DNA from: Podarcis bocagei
Taxonomy: Eukaryota
NCBI GenBank assembly: GCA_964188305.1
Contig: OZ076898.1
Length of the DNA stretch: 64,000 nucleotides
Reading direction: 5' to 3' (one strand)
The first letter of the stretch is position 1; each line of letters begins with the position of its first letter. Position numbers and translations under genes: made by a program. Shown piece after piece: positions 26,401 through 40,300 of the stretch. The notes under the pieces were generated by a model. It saw nothing but the letters and a program-made list of their open reading frames with translations. It had not been told where the DNA came from and searched no databases.

Positions 26401-28953
26401 AGGTAGAGGTGCATTCCTTTCCGGAAGTCCTATGAATGTAATATTTTTATTTTGTTAATATAAACAACTTCAAAATTAGCTTATCACTGGATGGGACTGG
26501 AATGTAATGTGTTGTTTTCCACCAAACTATTTATCCTTTTCATGAGCTAACAGGGTTTTTTTGGCAAACCCAGATTAAATTTGTGCACCATCCTTGCACT
26601 CTTCTAGTAGCAGGCAGTCCCTTAAAACTGGCATATTGCTGAGGAACAGAGTCACAAGCTTCTGCAACAGGAATTCACTACTTAATTTAAGAGTGCTGGA
26701 ACATGTGAAACTAAATAATGTGACATTTAGATAGGCTTTGAGCCTCTACACTATTAAGCCCCAATACCAATTTTTAGATCCTTCCAATCCTGTGGCAACT
26801 CCTAACCACTTTAACTTAACCTTTCTGCTGCTCACAGATATTTTGTGCTATTTGCAACCATTCTGATGCATTAATGGTTGAAAGCCAGTTGAAAAGCATT
26901 CAAAAAACGTTTCAAAACGTTTTAAACATTAGTTGAAAAATAAGGAACCTTGAAATTGCAAAGTCCACTTGGGCACTTAAATGGTTAGTCTGATTAAAAT
27001 CAGTATTGAAAAACTTTATCTGCTTTTCATTTCATACTATAATAATTATTCTTTCACTGCAAAATGCATTTACAAATGTATTTTAAAGTGGTTAATTTTA
27101 GAACAGCCATATGTGAGCAGCTTTTTGGAATACTGAATTAAGGAAGATTAAAACAGTGTTAACTAGGCAGCTTCAATATAATTTTAATGATTAAAAATGA
27201 CAAAATTGAAAAGCATGAAGTCTGGTATTGACTTAGAATTCAAATCATACATACTACGCCATAAAAAACAAGAGGCGTGGACAGCAGGTGAATGCAGGGT
27301 GCCTATTTACATAACATGTAAAATTGTGACTTGCTCTTGTGCCCCACGTGTTGATTCTACACACCAGAGAATTTTGGGAACCGACCCAAATCCAATTCTG
27401 GGAACCAACCAAATCTTCCCAAAAGTGATCGAGAGTAAGAATTTCAGCTAAGGCAAATAAAGATCCTGGGTTGCGTCCAGGTGTATGGAGAATATTTAAT
27501 ATAATAAGGGTCACAATTAGCCACTATAGAGTAATGGAACCAACATCGAATCATAGAATTGTAGAGTTGGAAGGGACCCCAAGGGTCATCTAGTCCAACC
27601 CCCTGCAATGCAGGAATCTCAGCTACAGCATCCATGACAGATGGCCATCCAACCTCTGCTTAAAAAGCTCCAAGGAAGGAGAGAGATATACAGAGATAGG
27701 ATCTGAATGTCAGATGCTAAAGACAAAGCTAAGGAGAAGGCCACCACTTTCATGTTTTGCTGCTCAACTCCCAGAGGTATCTGGTTGTGCAGCTGCTGGA
27801 AACAGAAAGCTGGACTAAATGGACCTTTGCTTGATCCACCAAGCTCCTCACCACACAACCCTTTCTACATAAAAGAACACAGAACATCCACAGTTACCCT
27901 AGATGTCAGTGGCAGTAAAGTTATAGATTTACCTCATCCCCAACGTAGTCATGTAGCATTCGAATTACTGACGCACCCTTGCTGTAAGAGATTGCATCAA
28001 ATATTTCATCTACTTCAGATGGATGGCCCACATTGACCTGGGGTGAGAAAGGCAACAAGTCATCAGAAGAGACCACATTTGACTTGCATCTCCAGTTATA
28101 GATTTACGAAGCAGTGTTAAGGCAACTAAATCATTAAGTCTCTAAGATAAAGCATTCTTGGTTGCTTTCCTCCGGAGCCCCAGCCCGTTATCAGAGGAAG
28201 AATTTCTAACAATGAGAGAGCATGCGGCAAAGCATATGCAAACTCCACTGATTGCAGCAGTTGGCACTCACTTCAATAGGGTGACTGTTGTCTAAGGCAT
28301 CCAGCTCCTGAGCTCGTGTATAATCGGCAGAAACAAATTGTGTCCAGATATCGTATTCTGGAAAACAATGGTCCACACAGAGGTACTCAATCCAGGATGC
28401 AAAGCCCTCATTGAGCCATAGATGGGTCCACCATTCCTACGAAGAATTGAGAAAATTGCTGATACTAAAAGCAGAGCATCAGAGCATCAAGATAAAAGGA
28501 CAAGGAGTTGCCATTGGTCTCTGAGATCTCAGGTCTCCATCACTGAAACCTCTGATTCTCTTAGAGATGTGGAACTCCTTACTAACAGGTGCAAATATTG
28601 TGCAATTCTGTGTACGAGAAGAAAAAAACACAGAATTCGGCATTCTATAAAATAATGCAAGTTGCAAACTTGCAAAAAGCAAGTTTCTAGTCCCCACACC
28701 TGAAAAACTAGGAAGACAACACTTGATGAAATCTCAGAAGTATCCTGGGGGGGGGGAGTGAGATGGCTGCAGTATTGTGGGGAATAAATCAAATGGGAAC
28801 ATTCTCCATCAGCCACTGAAGGAATGCCTTTGTTTAGTAGGCTAAGATTTTTAACAGAAATGGGAAACACAATACAAGTGAAAGCTGCAACACAGTAACT
28901 GTTCTCTGTGCAGAATGAAATGCATCAAGTAAGAATGAACCCCACCAGTGGAT

Positions 28954-29002
<49 letters not shown>

Positions 29003-32000
29003 CTTTATTCGGCTATAAGCCCACAAGGTAAAAAACCATCAATAAATAAAATAGCATTTTACATTCTAAAATATCAACTAAAATATTTCAACGCATACTC
29101 TCCTTGACCTTACATACAATCTCTAGATGTACCATATTGTGGCCTTGATTATAAAGATGGTGGATAGAGATTACTAGATTTTAATAGTCATGCAGCATTC
29201 CATTCAGTGGATAAGAAATAACTAACGGAATTCTACATAAACTCAATCTGAATTTGATGTTGGGGTGGGGAGGACGGACAGAAATTCCCAACTCTACCGC
29301 AGCTTCAAGTAGATCAGGTTTCAAGGTAAAGTTCTAGGGCTTCAATGCTCAGAAGCATTACCAGGATTAATGCAAGTGAGGACAATGATGAAATCCACGC
29401 TAACCACACTTTTCAATTCCCCCCTCCCACGACCTAGAAAATATTCTCCTTTTACACATTTTTGTGGTCTTTGAAAGTTTCATCTAGGCAGTCAGTCAGC
29501 CGAATGCAGGCCTGCAAGGCAAACTGAGCCACGTAGCAATAATTGCTGGTCACGTGATTTGCAGCTGAAGGGAAGAGGGTTAAAAAATCCTGCCTTACCA
29601 CCCCTCTTAGCACCCTCCAACTTCAATGTTCAATGTGTTGTCTTTCAAACCTATGTTCACAGATACCAGAAATGGGCTTTTTTCTTTTTCTCTTTTTTTT
29701 AAAGCTGAAATTCTCAGAATATTTGAACATATTCTGTTGTTCTCTCAAGGAAACTCAGAGAAGCTTCTAAGTGACTTACAGGCAGCCTCCCATGCAGACC
29801 AGGGCAATACCTACTTATCTTAAAAAAAACCCTGTCCCATCTTATGGTCTTAAACCAGTCTCTATATGAACTTTATGCATGTATAATTCAGAATGCTGGT
29901 TTATAGAACCCAGACAAATTTCTGTGCTTTGCACAGTGGCAGCACTGTAGCCCGTGAGGTTAATCTAATGCATGATTATTGCTAATTGGGGATACAGAGT
30001 CAGTTAGGGGGTGGAGAAAAATAGATTTACTTATTTTTAAAGAGGCATAATTGAAAGAATGGAAAAGAAGACAATGCAAGACACTTGTCTGCAAAATCAA
30101 AAATAGACATTACAATAATACCTGCTTGATTAATGTGGTACGAACATTGAATCTCACAAACTAAGAAGTGGTGCATACACTATTCCAAACAGAGACAGGA
30201 TAAAGTATGAACTGCATGAGCCATGTGCACTATTGTTAGGCGCACAGTGCATGAAAATCTACCAGTGCAGCCACACTCTCAAGTACAACTGAGAATCTTT
30301 GCAACCGTAATGGGGAAGAAGAATGCAGGAATTTTATTTAGGGATTGAGAACCAATAGCATTATTGGCCAACATCTCATGCCTTTTCATCCCTTTTCTGT
30401 GAAAATAATCTCATTAGCTCAGGACTGTGGTGCCTGCTGAAGTCTAACACTAGCACACCAAGTGTGATGGAACCATTTCTTTCTGTGGAAAGTGTCTGTG
30501 CTTAACACCAGCAAGCCATGCCAGACATGCAAGCAAAAATAGTGTATTGAACTCATGCAAAGAGAAAGAAAAGTTGGCACACAAGTTGCTGGGCTTTTTT
30601 TTTTTAAAAAAGGGGGGGAGAGCTACTTTGATTTGATAAATGGATTTGAAAAGCCCATAGAGTCAGGTAAATACTGCTGCATGCTTTGTTTTGGCTGGGT
30701 TTATAGAAAAGGTCAGCCTCTCTCCAGAGTCCCTCCTTCATTTCATAGAAGAGCTGGTTAGTCACACAAAGCTGCCTCTGCCATGTTTCCAACTGCCCTG
30801 GTGGCATGTCAACTGCTAAAAATATGCCACTGGTTTTGTGAATAATGTTTTTCCATTTCAACAAGTTCTACTGTAGCAATGGAGAGGTCATGTGACAAAG
30901 AAGGAAAGGTGGCCTGCCAGTAATGAAGGGGTGGGGGGAATGACATACAAAAAATTAAACTGAAAAGAAAAGAGGTTAAACTTCCCTCTCATTTGCAGGT
31001 AAAGTTATCTTGTGGGCGCCGATTATGGAGACGATGGGAGGAAAAGAAAGCTATTCCCCTAGCTCTTAAGGCAGGGATGGAGAACCTTTATCCCTCCAAA
31101 TACTGAACTACAAATCTCATCAACCTGGCCATGGTGAATGACGCTGATGGAGTTAGGAGCCCAAACAATATAAATAAATATTTGTAAACCACTTAGAGAT
31201 TTAGTATTAAGTGGTATATAAACAGATGAAATAAATAATAATCAAACTGGAAGGCCACAGGTTCACCATTCCTGCTGTAACATATGGAAATTCAAAAAGC
31301 ACCCTGAAACGTCACAGAGAGAAATCCTTTTCCACAAGTGGATAGTACTTGTTGGATTTGAATGTTAAGTTTATAAATAGGTCTGTATTTAGTGATTTTA
31401 CACTAATACCACTGAGGTATACCTAATTGTTGTCTAACTCAGCATCCTAAGAATTTCAGCTCCCCACACGTTTAAAAGACTTTATAGCTGCAAAGATAAG
31501 CTTGTAAATGTGTGGATCACCCCATATGCCAGAAGAAGCATCAGTTCCCTTCATAGATCCTCTCCCCATGGATACTAATTTCAGAATTATGAAAAATATC
31601 TGCAAGTCTGGTGAATTTGCAGACTTGCACAAATCAGAAGTTTCTGACCTGCCTAGACTTGCAATGGGTGAGGGGGATCATAATGGTATTTGGGTTAAGC
31701 AGTTAACGCAAGTGTGAGGTTTTAACCATATTATTAATTATTTATTTAATTCAATGCTTTATTATGCATTATGGCACATTCCTTCGCATTGCTGGGCATT
31801 GTGAATCCTAGAGGAGAGCAGACAAAATCTTCAATGGTAGTGCACAACGTTTCTCCCTATAGCGTCTCATGAGGCAACCTGTGGGCCACATCTAACCCAC
31901 TGAAAATCTCCAGGTGCTGCTGATGCCCCAATACTGCTGTTTTTCCTAATAATACTCTGCATAGGCAGACATGCACATTTGCAGTACCATACGAAAACAT

Positions 32001-32915
32001 GAGGCATCTGCTGTGACCATGAGCAGATACACTCAGGACAAGTAATAGGCGGGAAACTGAGTAACCTTGATCTAAGCCCAGAGCAAGGGAAAGTCAAATA
32101 CAATTTTTGTACCATAGTCACAAGGTTCCCAAACCACTGGTGAGCAAGCTCATGGCCCACGACGAGAGCCACCCATTGGCGGGAGGAGGAACAGGAGTTT
32201 TTGGGATCTATCAGCAGTGCAGTTTCCCTGTATATGAGAAAGAACAGAGACTGAAGCAAGGTGACTTAGAGAGAAAAGCACATTTTTTGAAATCAATCAA
32301 GCTATCAAACTCATCTAAACAAGAGTGCTTCATGCTTATAGGTGAAAACAGCAAGGTTAACATTTCATATCTGCTAGGATGCAGCAAAGAGTATTTTTCC
32401 TCAGAGGGAAAGGAGGGAAGACAGCACCATCACCACCTACCCCTCAAAAATGCATCTCATTTAAAAATAACTGGTCTGAAAAAAGGCAGCTCAGCAAATA
32501 ACTTTCCTCAGTTACACGTCAGTTTGATGTGTTCATTTCATAAATTATCACAAAGCTACCAACTATTTGTTCAACCCCGCAAGAGTTCACCAACAAAAAC
32601 TCTCTACAAAAGGACCTATTATATAATGATTTTTTGGATTTGGGATGTTTTACTAATTGGCATAACCAAAGCATGGAAAGAGGCTTCCAGGTCATTACAA
32701 CTCCTAAAACTCTGCAACTCTCCAGACCTATTTATTAGGACCCCATTATCCACTCTTAGCTAAAGCGTTAACATGGTTGCTCCACAGTAACCTCCTGGTG
32801 CCTTGAAATTTGCCCCACATTAATGAGATTGCAGTTGCCATGTTGAACGCCAGAGATATAGGTGCCAGTATTCCAATACTCTGTGTAACAGGGACTGAAC
32901 TAAAAGGGTGGGCTC

Positions 32916-32970
<55 letters not shown>

Positions 32971-34259
32971 TTAATACTATTGCTGTGTTCTTTAGCTCAG
33001 TGCACGCAGGGATACAAAAGAGGAAGCCACAGATCAACAAGGCATGACTTCTTTAAAATGAGGCACACAGAGTGAATAGAAAAGCTTACTCTAGAACTGA
33101 CACACAGAAAAAGGATACAAGGTGAGTTGTGCTCAGGGGCACTACCACTCCACACCAATATGTTTCAAAGTCTCCTAGTCACACTTCAATCTAGCTACCA
33201 GGGAATAATTTTTAAAAGGGCTTTTTCAAGAAGAGACTGGAAATCAAACCCAATGATCACATGATTGTGTACAAAAAAGTAAAAGCTCTCTTATGCTCGT
33301 TGCAAAATTTTGCAAAGTTGTCTCTGGTCTACACCTCTTTTTTTCCAGTGGGAGCAGTGACAGGCTGGGCAAATGGCCAAACTATGTTCCATCTGCTCCA
33401 TTTGAACATTCATTTGGTTAGCACAGAGCCATCGTAACTAGGGCTGCTACAATTAAATAATCAGTTAACACTGACTGATTAAACGGGGGTAGATTTTTAG
33501 TCACTCAGCAGATTTTTTATAAATTTATTGTTTTTTACAAATACTTCAAAAAACGGCAGATGGGAAATGCTTTTTATGAATGAAAGTTTGGGAAATGGTG
33601 GGAAAGGAACAAATGATTCTTTTTTCTTTTGTCCTGAAAGCCTTTTAGAGGGATGGCTGGTCAAGAAAAAATACAGTATCTACATAGGGGGGAAACTGCT
33701 CTGATTCAATGGTCAAAGATATAGGAACAATGGCAACGAGAGAGGAAGTCAGAGACTTTGTGTTATTATAGCCTACCAAATGCCTTCTGATGACCTGGGC
33801 TAGAGTTATTTTAAATCAAAATATTTTAAAGGGCACACTTGCCATAGCTGTACCAGATCAGAAAGGTGGCGGTAGAGTGAGCTCAGTTACCACTAACCAT
33901 TTTGCCCAAACTGGTTTTGCCCAAACTTTCCAGCAATGGTGGAAAGATGTTGGAGACCACCAAAGGTCACAATAATTTGCATGGGAGAGGGAAGGAGATC
34001 AAAATTTCAAAAATAATTGGCAAACTGGAAGAATGGGGTTCAGTCCATAGAAAGATATGGCACTAGTGTTCTGATATAAAGGAACCTCCCTATGTTCTTA
34101 CTGTAAGATAAGGCCCACCCACGAACCCGAGGAGTTTGCCTGGCAGCTTGAAACAATTTGGAAACAGCAGGATGGGTTGAGAAAAAGAATGCACAGGCCC
34201 AAAGACTGCCATAAATCTGGGGCGAAGGCGTTAGGAATGCAACAAAGATAGATCAGATG

Positions 34260-34323
<64 letters not shown>

Positions 34324-37300
34324 ACTAGGCAGCAAGGAAAACTTGGTATATTACTTTAGAACTACAAGTTGAACTAAAAGTTGCACGAATATCTTTTCTA
34401 AGGGTATAATGCAGAGACTCATCCCCCCATACAGTTTTTCTTCAACTGCAACAGTTTTTCCATCTATAAGATGCCCCCATGTATAAGACCCTATTTCTGG
34501 GGACTCAGATTTAAGAAAATGGGGGGGGATCCATGTATTTTTGACCCTAATTTTTGACATTATTTTTTAGGGGAAAAACCTAGTCTTATACACAGAAAAA
34601 TAGCGTATATCTTACAAAATGCACACTGAACGCCTGCTGTTTGACACTTTTGCATAAGGAGCTTATAACTTTAAAAAATGGGAATCTCCGAAAGGACAAA
34701 AACCATACAGATTTTTTCCCCCACTTTGCAGCTACAAAAGTTTACCTGCTCAACTTGAAAATAAAGTGAACTTCCAATTCTCTAAATGGGTGCAGGGCGA
34801 AATACTGGTGTGCTCTTGATCACAATTAAGTTAAATATGGAAGTTCTGATACTGACGGTGATTGTGGTTAAGCAGCATTTGAAACCAACTTAGAACTCTG
34901 AATTCAACTCCTGATCAGCTAACCCTGCTTAGCCTCAAATATAGTGAGCATCAATGTCAATGGAAGTTAACTGTGGTTGAGGAGAAGGGTAAGTTCATTT
35001 CCGAGAAGAGGTATAGGAGAAAACATGCAACTCACAATTTGTTTGTGATATCTTAACCACGGTTATGAGAGTGGTAGTGCTCACACACAACACAAAACCA
35101 CAGTTTGAGTACGCGGTCTTGTGTGCTCCCTGTCTACCCTCTTTAATCACGGAAGATTGGAAGCCTTTGCTTCTGCTTTCAGATACATGCATTTTCTTGT
35201 GTCTAAACTGACAATTGTGGTTGGTGCTACCTATGGTCTACTGTGGCATACACATATCACCAACAACAGCCTGAAGTTGGCTTGTTTCAGTAAACTTTAG
35301 TTTGTTTGTGTTCAGACAGAAATAGAAATTGGCTACTTGAAAATGGAAGCAAAAGCCTACAATGTCATTGTGGCCATGATAGTGCAGAAGAGGAGAGCCT
35401 ATGACCCGTAAGTATGGAATACTAAACTTTGTGTTGGCATTATGTGTGATTGTAACTTGTGTCTGTGTTGGGCCACAGAAGGGTGGAAGAAGATACAAAC
35501 AAAGGATCTAAATGAAAGGTGCTGCATTTTTAAAATAATGTAATATTCTTGAATATTGTGGCTTTATAAAGCTCTACTTTTCTGAGGGATATGCTCAAAT
35601 ACCTATTTTTGTGGAAACTTCAACTGCGCAAAATGGAAAATAATTTTGAGGAAATTACCAAACAAGCCCAAATCATTACAGCTTTCTACACTATATCTGA
35701 TAAAACGTGGAAAAATTAGTCAACAAAGGACACGGAAGGGAGGAAAGACAGTATTTAACAGCATACCTATAAGTAACAAGGCCCCAGTTCTCCATGGCAC
35801 CTTTATAAAATAAATACAAAGGTTTATTGATATTGATACACACAACCATCTCCTAAAATGTTTTACAATTCAAATAAAACTCAGAGGTAACACAAAATAC
35901 TTTACCAGCTGCAAAGTCTGCAATAGCTATGAGATCAATTTTAGGGAGAGGGTAAGGAACATTGAAGTAATCCTTATAAAAAGGCAGCGTTTTAGCAGCA
36001 ACCTAAGGGGGGAAAGGAGAAAAATGAGAGAGAGCATGGTGTGTTAAGTCAAAATAAAGAAGACCTGTTAACTGACTTTAAGACACTGTGCTTTAGCTTT
36101 TACTCCTAAGCCAACTGCAGTTGTTGTTAAAACTATGTCAACTCTGGCCTTTGCCAAATCTACACACATGACATGTTTACATAAAGGAACACGCGTGTTC
36201 TGATGAATATCTGCAAAAAAGAGAGGCCTGAACAAATTCCAAAACTATCTAAACCCTGCACCAAAGAGGACTTAATCGTTGCCCAGGGGACAGGGGTAAG
36301 GGTTTTAAAGCCATTTTATCTGCCCCCAGGGACATACCTAATCAAATTTGAAGAAGTATGTGTATCCACAGTTTAACCCATAAGGAAAAAAAGGTTAACA
36401 GAAAGTTCACAATTTATCACTTCATCTCTTCCCCAGCTCCACCCAATCACACAAGCTGTAAATATCTGAAGCCTGAATAATTAGGTGACGCTAAAAGATT
36501 ATGGAGCTAACCATTTATAAGTTGTTCAGCTTAGGTGACAATATATGCCCTACTTCCAACCAGTGCCTGGAAAACAAAGTTCCCCCTGCCACAGCATGAA
36601 CATCAGAAGTTGCTCAAGTCAGGCCTTATGCAAAATTCATCTAGGCCAGGCTTCCTCAAACTCGGCCCTCCAGATGTTTTGGGACTACAATTCCCATCAT
36701 CCCTGACCACTGGTCCTGTTAGCTAGGCATCATGGGAGTTGTAGTCCCAAAACATCTGGAGGGCCGAGTTTGCCTATGCCTGATCTAGGCTAATACAGTG
36801 GAACCTCGGTTTTCGAACATAATCTGTTCTGGGAGTCCGTTCAACTTCCGAAACGTTCGGAAACTGAGGATCAAAGGGCTGTCAGCAAGTTCAATTAGGA
36901 AAATTGAGAAACATGCCTCAGAAGCCGTTCGACTTCTGAGGCACGTTCAAAAACAGAAGCATTCACTTCCGGGTTTTCAGCGTTCGGCTTCCGAAACATT
37001 TGGCAGCTGAGACGTTCAAAAACCAAGGTTTGACTGTATATTGTCTACACTGACCAGCAGCAGCTCTCCAGTGTTTCAGACATGGGTCCTCTCCAGGCTT
37101 AGCTGAAGATGCCAGGGATTAAACCTGGGACCTTTTACACTCAAACAACCATGTGCACTATCAATAAGCTCCCTGCATTAAGCAAATGCATCTAAGTTGG
37201 TTTCCTTTTTTAAAAGATTTTCTCCATTTTAGCACAGGAATGGCAGCTAAGCAATTGAAGCAAGAAAGTTATTAAAATATTAAAAATAAATATAAATAAA

Positions 37301-40300
37301 AAATTATAAAATAAATAAAATATTAAAATATTTCCAAAGTCAAAAACGGGGGCACTGGTATATGTTTATTCTTAAGCATCTGTCAAAGTTACTGAAAGAT
37401 ATGGAAGCATGCATTACCTCTAATGCAAACTTTCCTTGTTCTGCTTTGCCAACTGGAGTGTAAACACGGACTAACACGCCATCAGTGGACCTGGTCTCAA
37501 CGAAGTCATATTCTCCAACCACAAAAGCAACGAGATATGTTGACATCACAGGAGTTCGGGCAAATTTCACTTCCACCAGGTTTTCATCATCAGGGTAGGG
37601 CCTCCGATCAGTGACATTCTTTCCAAGGAAAGATGTTTGGAAGAGACTTGTTAGATTGGCTTTGAAGCGACACCAGATTTCACGAGATTGCAGGAGAGAT
37701 CAGGGCGGTATTTCCTGTGCTATTTTGCAGTATCAAACAGATGTGTGAAACGAGTCTCATTAACCTGCTCTTTTCCTTTCTGTGCAGTTTCCCTAATCTT
37801 GTTCTATCATATCCATCTCCTTGCTTTCTGCCAAGCTGCTCTTCATTACAAAAAAAGGGGGGGACAGGGTCCACATCTCCAGTTCTTGTTTTACCCATTA
37901 CCAATGCAGCTGGGATGTAGGAAAGGTCATCAAGACAATTTCCAGCCTCCGTAACCACCAACATCTTAATTTCTTGATCCTCGTACTATTTAGATTGCCA
38001 ACTACTATCCTGCATGTTCTTGCCTCCCCACCCATTTCCCCCTAGGTTGCTGTTAACCATAGTTCACTATTATTTCTACATCAACCTTGGTTAGAGAGTT
38101 GCTGTAAACCAAGAATTCTAGGTTTCCTCAGAACCACACTAAACAGGCTTGCAAACCATGATTTATGGCGTGTGAAGTGAGCTAATGGTTTGAAACAGAC
38201 AGTATTTCCTGCTCCTCTGCCTGCAAGACAACAAATGGACATACAAGCTTTTCAGGCTTAGCTTGGAAAAAGAAAAGAACCTCTAGGTGCACAAGAAAAA
38301 AAAAGTTTATTTAGCCCAAACAAGTTCTTCCTCAGGAGCATGCTTGAAGATTTGTTTCAAGACGCATTCAAGTTTTTAACTAGGGTTAAGTCAACAAACC
38401 ATGATATAATACCAGAGGTAGCCATCATGCCTATTTATATACAATGACCAACCATGGTTTCGCTTTACATGAACAAGCCACAAAAGGCCTCAGTCTCTCA
38501 TGCAGTCTTTCTAGCCACTAGTCTTTCATGCACAGTTATTCCTATCTACTTCCTCATTCTCTGAAAATTATAGCTTAACAGTTCACCCATATAAGCTAAC
38601 TAGTAAGAAAATAAACCATTTTGGGGTGTTAAAGTCTGAACATTCACATTGTATCATACTGAGTCTAACACACATCTAAATGTATGTCTTCTATATTATT
38701 TATTTATAAGTACTGGGTTTATTTTGTTTGTTTTTAAATCATATTCATACTGCTTTATTGTAAATAGAATCCCTAACTGGTTGTAAAAAGAATTTATCAA
38801 ACTCATATTAGACCCGCTGAAATTAATGTATGTTGGTTAACCATGTCCATTAATTTCAAACAGTCTACTCCGAATGGTGTTCGATACAACCCATTGTCTT
38901 AGATCTTTTAGCTGGCATTGCCACAACTACAGTATCAATCTACATTTTATTCATTAAACACTTGACTTTTTAACAAAACAAAAAATGTATTTTATTAAAC
39001 ACAAACTAAACAAAACAAAACAAAACAAAACCTGGAGTACAGTTGGATAATGACATTTGGTATAGTTGAAGTACACATAATGGTAATTCATTACTAAAGT
39101 AGGTCTCTCCATAGTGAAGCTTGTGTCACATGCAGTTGTAGAAACAGTGCTGATTTATTTATATAATCAATTAATAGTGACCACATACTTAGAAATTTAT
39201 CCTCCTTACAATGCCCATTTATTACCCTGCTGGGTCAAACATTCAGATAATGCTATTTCCCATACACAGGTAAACCAAGATTATAAGTAACACTTACCAT
39301 ATTTGACAAAGCTACCCTTTCTTTAGGAACCACCAATGAGATATCAAAAGTTGCCTTGATGGCCGGCTCATCCCAGCAAGGAAAGGCCCTACGAGCATCT
39401 GTAGCCTGAAAGAAATAAGAACATTAACTAGCCAAAGCAAGTGAGGGTGAATTTCTGACAGAACCATGCAAGAACAGACCTTAAATCCAAAAAGCTACAT
39501 TTTCCCAAGTAGAATACAGTCTTTAGATAACCTGGACACAGAACACAGAAATGTACTGCAGACCAACAACGGGGAACATGAAGGCAAATGAAAAGAAAGA
39601 TCCAAGGAAATGAGGGGGGGAAATACAGGTATTCAAGAAACATGCACAAAACTACACTGACAGCCATTAAATTTGAAGAAGACCGGAAGCATAAAATTTG
39701 GAGAGGCATAATAATTCTACTTGGCATTATCCACTTATTCCACATGGATAGTAGATGCGGATCAATTACAAAAAAACCTGTACAGTTTCTGGTAAAGGGT
39801 CAGAAACCCGGCAAGGTTTCAGGTGGAGCTTTTCCAGTAGACTTCCTACCTCACCCTTAGGTAAAGGTAAAGGTACCCCTGCCCGTACGGGCCAGTCGTG
39901 TCCGACTCTAGGGTTGTGCGCTCATCTCGCTCAAGAGGCCAGGAGCTGGCACCATCCGAAGACACTTCCGGGTCACGTGGCCAGCGTGACGAAGCTGCTC
40001 TGGCGAGCCAGCACCAGCACCACACACAGAAACGCCGTTTACCTTCCCGCTATAAAGCGGTACCTATTTATCTACTTGCACTTAGGGGTGCTTTCGAACT
40101 GCTAGGTGGGCAGGAGCTGGGACCGAACGACGGAAGCTCACCCCGCCGCGGAGGTTCGAACCGCCGACCTTACGATCAGCAAGTCCTAGGCACTGAGATT
40201 TTACCCACAGCGCCACCCGCGTCCCTTACCCTTACCCTCACCCTTACACATAACCAAATGTTAACTCTTGGACAACTCTTTCCATCTCCAAGGCTTCTGT

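Noticed and set aside
32107-32763. Longest ORF in the track (218 aa, plus strand)
   Set aside because: Antisense to exon 9 and running into intron 8; no recognisable domain, low-information composition, non-ATG start
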